Source: a virus. Taken from it: 64,000 nucleotides of DNA. The DNA is taken from positions 1 through 64,000 of the IMG/VR virus record IMGVR_UViG_3300035698_010358. One strand, written 5' to 3'. Positions 19,189 through 28,398 of the stretch are shown one piece after another. The position numbers and the translations under genes are program-made. The notes beneath the pieces were generated by a model. The model worked only from the letters and a program-made list of their open reading frames with translations, was not told the DNA's origin and made no database searches. Each line of letters starts with the position of its first letter. Position 1 is the first letter of the stretch.

Positions 19189-20101
19189 CCAACCACATGT
19201 AAAACTAGTACCCTTGTTAGAGAAATATAATATTTCTTGGGGTTTATTTTGTAAAAAAGGTCGTTTGCCTAATGACTTGAAGTGGGTAAAAGAGAAACGT
19301 GTGTTTATCATTACAGAATTACACTCTCAAGGCACCTCCTGGGCCAATATGGTATTTATTACGGGTTTGTCTCAAGGTTCTATTCAGCGTTTAACTAAAG
19401 CTATGTGGAACCAAGCATCACGGGACAAATTGAATAAAATAGGTGAGAAGGTTGGGAAATCATGGAAAGGTAAAAAACGTCTAGGGCAATTAGAAAAACA
19501 ATGGAAAAATGGCGTTTTTGATTTTCATCGAGGACGGAAAAGACCGGAGTGGGAAAAAGAAAAATTACGTGCTTCATGGACACCTGAATTAAGGGCACAA
19601 GTATCGGAAGAACGGTTAAAACGGTGGCAAGACCCGGAATACCGAAAAAACCTTTTAGATTACCACAGAAGTCCTGAAGTTAGGGCTGAGAGGTCTAAAT
19701 TACAAACAGAACGGATACTGGCTGATCCTGTGAAATGGACAAAGGGTCGGGGTGCTTATGTTGAGGCTCTAAAAGAAAAACGAGAGGTTGTGTGGACACG
19801 GAGTTCATATGAACGAAGAGCTCTCTTAGTATTAGATAGTGATCCTAATGTGGTTTCTTATGAGTATGAACCACGGATAGAGTTGTCTGATGGTTTTTGG
19901 ATAGTTCCTGATTTTTTAGTGTTCTTTAAAGATGGGTCTCAAACTCTTTTAGAAATAAAAGCCTCTTGGGTATACGGTCTTCCAGAGGGCCATAAAATTC
20001 ACATTAGATTAGAGAAATCTAAAAAGTTAGCTTGTGATAGAGGTTGGGGTTTTTCTATATGGACTGAGAAAGATAGGTTGGAAGATGTTAAGTGTGCATA
20101 A
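19178..20101 (+). mobile_element. Free-standing homing endonuclease, TnsA-like PD-(D/E)XK
   Basis: RSSYERRAL..LDSDPNVVSYEYEP..VPDFLV..LLEIKA; N-terminal HTH and basic helices; overlaps both intein halves. Confidence 0.8.
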
Positions 20102-20849
20102 CAAATTGGTTCAGGCTTTTCGTGCAGGGAAACTGAAAACCCGATCTGTATCCCCTGAAGGAAAATTGGAGTGGAAACCCATAACGGATGTTCATAGGGC
20201 TGAAGTTCCTTGGGAAGAGATTATACAGGTTGGCACAGATCAAGGACATACTTATCTGACTAAAGGGCACAGGGTTTTTGTATCCCCTACTGCAAAACGG
20301 GAAACTGGGGATTTAATAAAAGGTGATGGGGTTCTAGGTGTAGATTTACAGGATAATGTATTTCATCCTGTAATAGTGTCTACAGATACTGTACCATCAC
20401 GTAAATATATGTATGATATGACTGTTGCAGACTGGCATAATTTTGTTTTGTTCGATTCTCGGATTGTTATTAGTAATTGCCCTGATAAATTCTACCATTT
20501 CCGACCACCAGAGTATGAAGGTGACATTGGCCAATACAATCGAATATTCGGACAGATTTGGGAAGATGCTGAACTTCTGGAATATCTGTTGAGATCTTTG
20601 GATTGGTTCAACATGTTCCCTCCCCTGACACAGAAAATCAATACTCTCACACGTTTGGTTCAAGATATGCCCTCGTGGAGGACAGCGATCCTTTGGGGCG
20701 CAATTACCCATGCCTGTTTTGCACTTTCAATAAATTGGGTTGCTGACGAATTTTCTGTTAGGGGTGACCAGGAAGTGACCGTTATAACAAAAACAGGGAA
20801 AAAGGTTACGTTGTCTATTCAGGAGTTGTATGAAATATGCAAGGGATGA
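20085..20849 (+). CDS. Fractured gene, piece 2: 131-aa intein C-fragment, 92-aa extein, 31-aa second intein N-fragment
   Basis: TKGH (block B), MYDMTV..HNF (block F), ISN|C at 20477/20478; WVADEF|SVRGDQEV with Ser1 at 20754. Confidence 0.85.
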   Translation: MLSVHNKLVQAFRAGKLKTRSVSPEGKLEWKPITDVHRAEVPWEEIIQVGTDQGHTYLTKGHRVFVSPTAKRETGDLIKGDGVLGVDLQDNVFHPVIVSTDTVPSRKYMYDMTVADWHNFVLFDSRIVISNCPDKFYHFRPPEYEGDIGQYNRIFGQIWEDAELLEYLLRSLDWFNMFPPLTQKINTLTRLVQDMPSWRTAILWGAITHACFALSINWVADEFSVRGDQEVTVITKTGKKVTLSIQELYEICKG

Positions 20850-21787
20850 TAACAAAACGACAAATTTTGTTGAAATACGGGTTCAATGACAAGACTTTCC
20901 GAAAGATGATGTCCGAGGGGGTTGTCAGCCCTGATTATATTCAACAAGGTAAAAGAAAAACCTTATTTTTTAAAGAGGGCTCTTTGAGGTTTGTTGAAAA
21001 CCTTCACTATGTTATTTGTTTAGAGTGTGGAAAATGGATGAGTCAGATCACCACGAAGCATTTAAAAAGCTGTAGTGGAATGGTATTGCAGGATTACAAG
21101 GAAAAGTACCCTAAAGTTCTATTGATCTGTTATAGGACTAATGGTAACCATGTAAAAACAGAAGAACAAAAGCAAAGACAGTCAGATGTTTTAAAGGCAC
21201 GTTTCCAAACGGAAGAAGGGCAGAAAACCCGAGAAGTTATTTGCCAAGCATCTATTCGTTTAATGAAAGGCCCGTATCGTAAACAAGCTGCAAAACACCT
21301 AAAGGATTTGAATCAGACTACCAAGATGAAGGAATTTCATCGGGGGCATACCAAGAAAAGATGGGAAGATGGCGGGGATCTTCGGTATCTTATCCCAAAA
21401 TGGCATCTGGATAATAAGGATTATTCAAATCAATTGGCCGCAAATGCTCGTAGGTTTATAAAGAAAATTTCAAAGCCGCACATTAGGTTAAAAGTTTTAT
21501 TGGAAGCTGCTGGTATCCCAACAGTTACGGAATATGAAGTCGGTTACTATGCCATTGATGAAGCAATTCCAGGGAAAAAGATATCCATTGAGATGCATGG
21601 TTGTTATTGGCATAGTTGTCCTGTTTGTGGGTTGGAAGGTCCTTCCCTGAATAAAAGGATTGACAAGTCTAAAGCTACTTATCTGAAAAATAGGGGTTGG
21701 GAACTTGTAGTGATTTGGGAACATGAGTTGAAAAATAATCCTGAAATGTGTATTGATCGGGTGAAGGAGGTTGTAATAGGATGTTGA
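20837..21787 (+). mobile_element. Free-standing homing endonuclease, Vsr/DUF559-like
   Basis: YAIDEA..ISIEMHGCYWH..DKSKATYLKNRGWELVVIWEHE; N-terminal CLECG..KHLKSC zinc finger. Confidence 0.85.
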
Positions 21788-22467
21788 CTGATGCTTTAAA
21801 AAGAGAGATTAAGGAATCCTTTGAAGAGGGTTCCCTGAAAGTCCTTAGCGTGAACCCAGATTCTTTAGAGCCCTCTTTAGAATCGGTTACTGATGTTATG
21901 AGGCATCTTACTCCTCATAAAACAATTTTGGATGTTGAGACCTCACAGGGGCATACTGTTACGACTGAAGATCACAGTTTGTTCATGGAGGATATGTCTA
22001 CGGTACCAACTTCTGAGTTGCAGGTGGGGGGTTGTATTGCTTGTATTCAGAACGGGGTCTATCAACCGACCCCTATTCTGGGCATTTCGGAAACGTTGAG
22101 GGAACAATATACTTATGATTTATCTGTCCCTTCATTTGAGAATTTTGTCTTGTCCAATGGAGTGGTTGCACATAACTCATATAGCATAGGGGGAGTGTCC
22201 TTAGATATCGATAAATCTGCCAAATATGAGTCCTTAAAGCAGAATGCTGAGGGACAACTGACTTTGGCCACCGAGGCCAAGCAACGGACAGTGAAATTCA
22301 TTCGTGGGCTACAGCAGCCCAGATTCGGGATGGGTGTTAGGTCGAGTTTTGGCCCGTTTGTGGGGAAAGGTATACTTAGCCCTCGTAATTTCGTGGCTTG
22401 GGCTTCTGTTATATTAGTACCAGCTTTGATGTTTGTTAGTTCTGCTAACAGTTCAGGTTTGGTCTAG
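21781..22467 (+). CDS. Fractured gene, piece 3: 132-aa intein C-fragment plus 96-aa extein
   Basis: TTEDHSLF (block B), YTYDLSV..ENF (block F), VVAHN|S at 22176/22177. Confidence 0.85.
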   Translation: MLTDALKREIKESFEEGSLKVLSVNPDSLEPSLESVTDVMRHLTPHKTILDVETSQGHTVTTEDHSLFMEDMSTVPTSELQVGGCIACIQNGVYQPTPILGISETLREQYTYDLSVPSFENFVLSNGVVAHNSYSIGGVSLDIDKSAKYESLKQNAEGQLTLATEAKQRTVKFIRGLQQPRFGMGVRSSFGPFVGKGILSPRNFVAWASVILVPALMFVSSANSSGLV

Positions 22468-22679
22468 GTGTATGTTTGATAGAAGTTTAGAATTACGTAT
22501 TGGGGGTAATGTTCTTAATTAACTGTTGTATTTTTTGTATGCGTTGGTTAATATCTGTGTTTATTTCAGAAATAAGAAGCCTGAGATCACGGTTAATAGG
22601 ATTCAAAGGTTCCTTGGTATTCGGTAAGGTAGTTATAATTACCTTATTAGTATTGAAGGATTTTTTAAGGAGATAGAAA

Positions 22680-23477
22680 ATGGATAAAGCATCTTTTACT
22701 TTTAATGAGAACTGGTTTTTCCCAGATCCTCCTGCTCGGATTGAGAATCTTCTTTATATGGCACAGAAAGTTGACCCTAGTGCTCATGTGGACGATTCTC
22801 AATACCAAAATAAAGTGGTGGTAGATAAGAAAAAGGCACCAGCCTTAATTAAGGTATTCGAATCCAAAGGAATGTTTGTGTCTGAAGAGAAACGTGGGGC
22901 CTACAAGGTGTTGTGGGGTAAAAAGCGGGCAAACGAGAGTCAGGGTTTACGTGGCCATGTAGAGAAATTAGCCAATGAGAACCCAGAGTTAAGGGGGCAT
23001 CTGGTTCCTTTGTTGAAACAGGCTGCAACACAAAAGTTTAATCCTGAGATGATCTCAAAAGCTAAGAAGCTCCTAAATACTATGAAAAATTATGGTTGGC
23101 AGTGGGGTGATGACAATCTGAAAGAAGTTTCTCGTAATGGGGAGTTTTATTTTTCACAGATGAGTCCTCATAATGCTCCTTGGGATGATGAAGAGGATTT
23201 CAAAACATATGTCCCTCCTTTTCGGGCAGGGCAGCTTTTTCGGAAATATAAAGTGGAGGACCACGCTGGATTGGTAGCAGTTCTTCATAAATTGCAGGAA
23301 CAGTGGAAGAAGGATTCCTTTAAGTTTTCGAGGGTTGTAGGTAAAATTACCCCAAAGGATGCTGATGTTAAGTTATTGTTTAACCCTGACCGTCAAGGTA
23401 CACTTTTTGCACAGGTATATGTGAATGCCCAGCCTTACCTAGAGTGGACAAGTCATCGTGCTAAAGAGGAGAAGTGA
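22680..23477 (+). CDS. Two-domain protein with internal LANENPELRGHLVPLLK tag
   Basis: AAGGAG RBS; shared tag. Confidence 0.7.
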   Translation: MDKASFTFNENWFFPDPPARIENLLYMAQKVDPSAHVDDSQYQNKVVVDKKKAPALIKVFESKGMFVSEEKRGAYKVLWGKKRANESQGLRGHVEKLANENPELRGHLVPLLKQAATQKFNPEMISKAKKLLNTMKNYGWQWGDDNLKEVSRNGEFYFSQMSPHNAPWDDEEDFKTYVPPFRAGQLFRKYKVEDHAGLVAVLHKLQEQWKKDSFKFSRVVGKITPKDADVKLLFNPDRQGTLFAQVYVNAQPYLEWTSHRAKEEK

Positions 23478-23660
23478 TGTTGGAATGGTTTCAAAAATTG
23501 TTTATAGAAAAACCCCCCTGAGCCTCTACCCCTCAAGTATCGGGATTTAGGTAATAACGAGGTTGAAGTGTCTTGTGGTGACCGTAAAACTACAGCTATT
23601 TATTTTTCAGAGGCTGCTGTGGAATATATTGAAGCAGCTAAGAAAAGGATATTGTCATAA
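23477..23660 (+). pseudogene. About 60-aa gene interrupted by a +1 frameshift at a C6 run
   Basis: ATG overlaps the upstream TGA; CCC CCC TGA; the +1 frame is open to a TAA that overlaps the next ATG. Confidence 0.55.
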
Positions 23661-24019
23661 TGTGGTGGGTATACGTCATACAATCTCAAGAAGTTCGGAC
23701 AGGTAAAAACGGTAAGATCTTACCTGGGTTCCATTACGTGGGATGCACAACTGACCCTGCTCGTCGTATAAGACAACACAACGGCTTGTTGACCGGCGGA
23801 GGGAAGTACACCAGTAAACATCGTCCGTGGGTGCCACGAGCTCTCTACGGCCCCTACAATGGACGATCTAATGCAATGAAGGCCGAGTATGCCCTAAAGC
23901 ACGGGAAACGCAGCACAGCTCGAACACGGTGGTCTGTAGAGGATTCTCCTTGGTGTCGAGGTAAAGGGTCAAACGACCCGTGGATTACTGACGGTATTTC
24001 CCCTATTGAGGACTCTTAA
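23660..24019 (+). CDS. GIY-YIG nuclease, SLX1-like
   Basis: WVYVIQS..HYVGCTTDPARRIRQHNG..GGKYTSKHRPW..AMKAEYALK. Confidence 0.85.
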   Translation: MWWVYVIQSQEVRTGKNGKILPGFHYVGCTTDPARRIRQHNGLLTGGGKYTSKHRPWVPRALYGPYNGRSNAMKAEYALKHGKRSTARTRWSVEDSPWCRGKGSNDPWITDGISPIEDS

Positions 24020-24046
24020 TAGAAACATTGTTGTAGGGAGACTGTC

Positions 24047-24226
24047 ATGAATACTTATAGAATAGTTAGTTCCAAGGTAGATGCCAATTTAACTCAAAAG
24101 TTAAAGAAGTTGAAGCCCAAAGCTCGTTCCCGTGGTGATTTTACAGGTGCCGTGTTACAGGCAGCTTTCTATGCTCGGAAAGAAAATGACACTTATTTCC
24201 TTGTAAATTGTATGGTCACATGGTAG
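24047..24226 (+). CDS. Short ORF or gene remnant (59 aa)
   Basis: GGGAG RBS with the late-promoter-like motif upstream. Confidence 0.35.
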   Translation: MNTYRIVSSKVDANLTQKLKKLKPKARSRGDFTGAVLQAAFYARKENDTYFLVNCMVTW

Positions 24227-24308
24227 CCTCTGGTGCAGGGTCGGTACAAGACCCCCTGAGTCGTTACGATGTTGTAGTTTACGTAGGTTAATCTAATAGG
24301 AGATTATA

Positions 24309-24764
24309 ATGAGTTTCCGAGATAAAATAGCCAAATTGGCCAATGAAAATCCTGATGGGGTTAGAAAGCACTTAGTCCCCATTCTGAAACAGGCTGGTAG
24401 TGGTATCTATCAAATTTTCTTTAATATGTTTAAGAAAGCCTTTAAAGAATCTTGCACTGATCTATATACTCAATTCTACCGTGATTACAGTTGGGATAAC
24501 ATTGAAGGGGTGTCTTCGAGTATCAAACCTGGGCTTTGGGAAGTAGTTTCCAAGTATGGTCCTATGGTTGCAGTTTTTTATCACGCACAACCTACAAAAC
24601 TGACTATTACTTGTAGTCTTTTAAATCTTCACCACAAAATGGAAGAAGAGAGACAGATTATTTCTCTGGAGACTTTTCTAGCCCGTGATATGACTGAGAA
24701 AGATATGCAAGCTCTTATTATGAAATTCGTTATTAGCTGTGCTAAGAAGACCTGGAGAGGATAA
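24309..24764 (+). CDS. Protein with N-terminal LANENP..LVPILK tag
   Basis: AGGAG RBS; MSFRDKIAKLANENPDGVRKHLVPILKQA. Confidence 0.7.
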   Translation: MSFRDKIAKLANENPDGVRKHLVPILKQAGSGIYQIFFNMFKKAFKESCTDLYTQFYRDYSWDNIEGVSSSIKPGLWEVVSKYGPMVAVFYHAQPTKLTITCSLLNLHHKMEEERQIISLETFLARDMTEKDMQALIMKFVISCAKKTWRG

Positions 24765-24765
24765 A

Positions 24766-25348
24766 ATGAGTTTACGAGATAAAATACAGAAATTAGCTAA
24801 CGAGAACCCTGATGGCATCAGGGAACATTTGGTTCCCCTGCTCAAGAAGGAAGCCTCAACAGATAAAGGTCTTAAACAGGCAGCTGATCCTAGCTGGTTG
24901 TCTAATGATTTTCCTAAAAAAGCATCCTGTGAGAACCCTGAGCTTCAAAAAACAGCCAGGAGAGCCCCCCGAGGCTTACATCAGGCTGGATAAAGATGCA
25001 ATTTATTGGGCTTATAGTTATTTCATAGCCCCGATGGGTTGGGTGACAGATATGGTTGAACAGCAAGCCAGCTGCCAGAAATTCCTGGAGAGAACCCTTG
25101 GGGCTCTTCAAAAAGAGTTTGGTGGTAAAAAGAAACGTCCAACCAAGATGTATTACACTCAGGATAACAACAAACGTATGGTTTTAACCGGACCTGCTCC
25201 TGGTTCTACAGCTCTTTACGACATCAATGTGGCCCAGCTCACCGTAGAGGATAACGGGGATTACAAACCCTTCGTGAAAGCCGTTCAGGATGTTTTTAAG
25301 AAAACAGGCTGGGATGTGAAGGGCATGGATGATTTGGACATCCGATGA
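24766..25348 (+). pseudogene. Tagged protein interrupted by a +1 frameshift at a C6 run (24965-24970)
   Basis: MSLRDKIQKLANENPDGIREHLVPLLK...KTARRAP continues as EAYIRLDKD in the +1 frame (193 aa if joined). Confidence 0.6.
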
Positions 25349-25414
25349 CTAATGCAGCCGAACTATCCGATTCCAGCATTGACAGTGTGGGAATAGCCTG
25401 AACTCAAGACAAAC

Positions 25415-25448
25415 AAAACCCGTCAGGAATTTACTTGACGGGTTTTTT
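25415..25448 (+). terminator. Rho-independent terminator
   Basis: AAAACCCGTCA/TGACGGGTTTT stem. Confidence 0.85.
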
Positions 25449-25540
25449 CTCGGGGGTTTAGGGTATACTTGAATCTGGTTTCTGAATAGGTTCCTTATAT
25501 TATCCAAGTATAAGGACCCTATTTCGGATTGGAGTTCGAC

Positions 25541-25813
25541 ATGGCCGATAAAAAAGCAGCGAAAATTGCAAGTCGTAGGGTATATTCATATATAGCCGAT
25601 GACGGAACGGTCTTTTATTCGTTTACAAAAACGAAACAGACAGTTTCTACAGGTAAACGGTTAGTTTTACAGAGTCGGAATGGGACCCCCTTTCTTCCTT
25701 TCATGGTGTTCATGAGGGGTCAGGCAGGTTCTTTAGGTAAAGAGGCTTCCATCGAGGATGATGATTCCCGATTGGGAAAAACAAAACAGACGAAAGGACA
25801 AACAAATGAGTGA
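25541..25813 (+). CDS. Hypothetical protein
   Basis: GGAG RBS; follows the promoter-like motif. Confidence 0.55.
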   Translation: MADKKAAKIASRRVYSYIADDGTVFYSFTKTKQTVSTGKRLVLQSRNGTPFLPFMVFMRGQAGSLGKEASIEDDDSRLGKTKQTKGQTNE

Positions 25814-26243
25814 CGAGAAAAACATGGCAGAAATCACACAGCCCAAGGACACCGAAAACCCAGCTTCGGGTCTTCCAACAGCCGAGCCGGATGAGCCACC
25901 CGCAGCAATTGGTGACGAGCCTGATGCTTCCCCTGCTGACCCATCTTCCTTGGGAACTGTAGAGAAACCTGAACAGGACTCTATTATGGCTCTCCAACAG
26001 AAACACCAGCAGATGGTTTTCCAGCTGGGTAACACCGTTCTCCGTATTTTCGAGACAGTGAACCAAGTGGGTGGTGTTGAAGATCAAATCCAGGGTGTTT
26101 ACCAGGCTATCGGTAAACGTTTGAACATTGGACCAAACACTCGTTGGTCAGTGATGCCGGATGGTTCAGTCCGTCTTATCCCTGAACAACCGGGTCCACA
26201 AGTTGTTCCTCCACAAGAGGGCAATGATAAACCGGAGGGTTAA
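25806..26243 (+). CDS. Hypothetical protein (disordered N-terminus, helical core)
   Basis: AAGGA RBS; abuts the next gene. Confidence 0.6.
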   Translation: MSDEKNMAEITQPKDTENPASGLPTAEPDEPPAAIGDEPDASPADPSSLGTVEKPEQDSIMALQQKHQQMVFQLGNTVLRIFETVNQVGGVEDQIQGVYQAIGKRLNIGPNTRWSVMPDGSVRLIPEQPGPQVVPPQEGNDKPEG

Positions 26244-27656
26244 ATGAGTGCAGCAGGATGGGGTCCAGCCCCCGGAGACCAACCGCTCCCGCCTCAAAAC
26301 GGGTCGGTTCAGAGTCCTTTTATTTCAGGAGTCCTAGACCTTAACTGGGACAATCCATCCTTGCTGGCCAAGAATGCTGCTTACACGGTAGTTGGGGTCA
26401 ACGTCTATCGAAGTGATGTCTCTGATCGAGGCCCCTTCTACCGTATTAACGAGTTCCCCGTAGGGGGGACTTTTTATCGGGATTGGACTCAGAATATTCA
26501 GGTTACAGAAACAGTATCCTGGGTAGACTGGACATACAAAGGCGATGGTCCAAATACTCGACAGTATTCGTTTTCTACTAAACAAAAACCTGCCGTCAAA
26601 CAAGTCCCTGAACCACCTTATGATAGGCCAACCCCAGCTAATGCTGTCACAGATGTGACTTTGACCGTTGAGGGTGTAGAAGTCCCTGTTCACTCTGTGT
26701 TCGGCCCAACAGGAGAAATCGTCCTCATTAACCAGGGGACATTCAACGTGGCCACAGAGAAGATTGAGCCAGCATTACTCCCTACGGAGAACTCTGTAGT
26801 GGAAATATCTTACTGGGTGAACAGGAATCAGCTACGTTCCAGCCTTGATACCAGTTTATTTTACCGGTTGACCACCGTGGTAATAGATTCAACCACCCCC
26901 AGTGGGTACAAGGAAACGGATTTAGAGTGGTGTAAACCTATCCTGAGTTCCGCTGTTGAAGATATGGATTACATTTGGAGGGAAGCCGTCAGACGTAATG
27001 CCTGGATTCTCCAGCAGGGTGGGGAACGGGTAAAAATCTTCATAAGGCGAACAACAGGCATCCCATGTTCTTGTGGCCTAGACCCGAAGACTAAAGAGTA
27101 TCTTGGACAGCACTCACAAAGGTGTGAAGTGTGTTACGGGACCGGATTTGTTGGGGGTTATGAGGGTCCTTATGAAGCAATCATTGCTCCTGATGACTTT
27201 GAACGTCGGATAAGCCAAGGACCAACAGGCCGTAAGAAAGAACATTCGGGTGAGGTTTTCATGGGTCCTAGCCCTGTCGTAACTCAACGGGATTTCATTG
27301 TGAAACAGACCAATGAACGATACTCGATAGGACCCGCTCGACGGCCAACAAACCGTGGGAACCTGCTCCAGCAGCATTTCAATATTGGTTATTTGGATGA
27401 ACAGGATGTCCGCCACAAAGTTCCTATTGATGGGGTGGGTGATTTCCTTCGTCCTCAGACTCGATATGGATTCCGTCAGTATCCTTCAATGCCTGTGGAC
27501 GGGGAGCTTTCATTCCCAGAGTCCACTATGCCTGACCAGGCTGCTTATCCTGAAGGTCCTGATTCCCAAACTCCAATGCAGACGGATAAACAACCGTGGG
27601 CTACAGGTACACAACAAAGAGGGCGTACGCCGGTTTGGGAAAATACCTCAGAGTGA
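26244..27656 (+). CDS. Putative neck/head-completion protein with Fn3-like N-terminus and zinc-binding motif
   Basis: LNWDNP..GVNVYRS; GGERVKIFIRR..CSC..CEVCYGTGFVGGY; position between head and tail genes. Confidence 0.6.
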   Translation: MSAAGWGPAPGDQPLPPQNGSVQSPFISGVLDLNWDNPSLLAKNAAYTVVGVNVYRSDVSDRGPFYRINEFPVGGTFYRDWTQNIQVTETVSWVDWTYKGDGPNTRQYSFSTKQKPAVKQVPEPPYDRPTPANAVTDVTLTVEGVEVPVHSVFGPTGEIVLINQGTFNVATEKIEPALLPTENSVVEISYWVNRNQLRSSLDTSLFYRLTTVVIDSTTPSGYKETDLEWCKPILSSAVEDMDYIWREAVRRNAWILQQGGERVKIFIRRTTGIPCSCGLDPKTKEYLGQHSQRCEVCYGTGFVGGYEGPYEAIIAPDDFERRISQGPTGRKKEHSGEVFMGPSPVVTQRDFIVKQTNERYSIGPARRPTNRGNLLQQHFNIGYLDEQDVRHKVPIDGVGDFLRPQTRYGFRQYPSMPVDGELSFPESTMPDQAAYPEGPDSQTPMQTDKQPWATGTQQRGRTPVWENTSE

Positions 27657-27699
27657 TGTTTTAGTGTTGGGGGTCATTTCCAATTGATAGGTGTGTTTC

Positions 27700-28398
27700 A
27701 TGAAAAACAGTGTTGATAGAATAACATCTCGTTATATGATAATTAGCGGTATTACGGACATTACGGACATAGCTTTGAAACTAAAACCTGTAGTTGAGAG
27801 ACTTACAGGAAAAACCGTTGGGGTTTCCAAGGCTAAAAGTGAATCTTCTTCTTATCTTTATGTGCATGATTCTGATAAAGGTGATTTGAAAATCCGAATT
27901 TCCGACCATAATCCGGTTTATGGCTATGATATTGGATTTACATATCCTTTATTTTTTTTGCATAGTGATGTTTCAGGTTTTACCCAGTTTATACTGAAAC
28001 ATTTAAAACCAATATTGAAAGCCTGGTTGGCTAGTAGTGATAGTACTGAGTTTTTCAGTTATCATCAGAAAACCCATAATTTTGTGTTTGGTAAACAAGT
28101 GAAAACAGTACGTCCGACAAAAATGGTTTTATCTTTAATAAAGAAAAGAAAAGGAAAACCCTTGGAGAAAGCTGAGTGGGTTTTAAAACAGCCTTTTTTA
28201 CAATCTTATAAAAAATCAGATAAATATAAATCGTGGAGGGTTGTAAAAATAGAATTGTTTGTAGGTAATAAGCCTTTGTCAGGTTTTGGGTTAGTGCTTC
28301 AAAAAGGTCCTGTTATAGGTGAGCGTGGACGATTTCATGAGGGTTTTTTATTATCGGAGATCGAAAAACGGGATCGTGAATATGTAATTCAGGTTTAA
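27700..28398 (+). CDS. AT-rich hypothetical protein with N-terminal VDRITSRY motif
   Basis: 233-aa ORF; SSYLY..KIRISDH; AT-richer than flanks. Confidence 0.6.
   Translation: MKNSVDRITSRYMIISGITDITDIALKLKPVVERLTGKTVGVSKAKSESSSYLYVHDSDKGDLKIRISDHNPVYGYDIGFTYPLFFLHSDVSGFTQFILKHLKPILKAWLASSDSTEFFSYHQKTHNFVFGKQVKTVRPTKMVLSLIKKRKGKPLEKAEWVLKQPFLQSYKKSDKYKSWRVVKIELFVGNKPLSGFGLVLQKGPVIGERGRFHEGFLLSEIEKRDREYVIQV

Noticed and set aside
19178-20101. Tn7-like transposon (TnsA)
   Set aside because: No TnsB/TnsC or terminal repeats; architecture and position fit a homing endonuclease
19178-21787. Group I introns, stop-codon recoding or a single sequencing error as the cause of the split gene
   Set aside because: The inserts are fully coding with no room for ribozyme cores. 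Each insert would need two frameshifts to fuse. Piece 2 ends TGA TAA, and reading through the TAG of piece 1 hits TAA soon after.
24812-24964. Listed start of the 178-aa ORF 24812-25348
   Set aside because: Its N-terminus overlaps the tagged ORF starting at 24766, which has the RBS; better explained as one frameshifted gene
25349-25414. Possible tRNA or small RNA in the intergenic gap
   Set aside because: No cloverleaf or T-loop consensus could be identified
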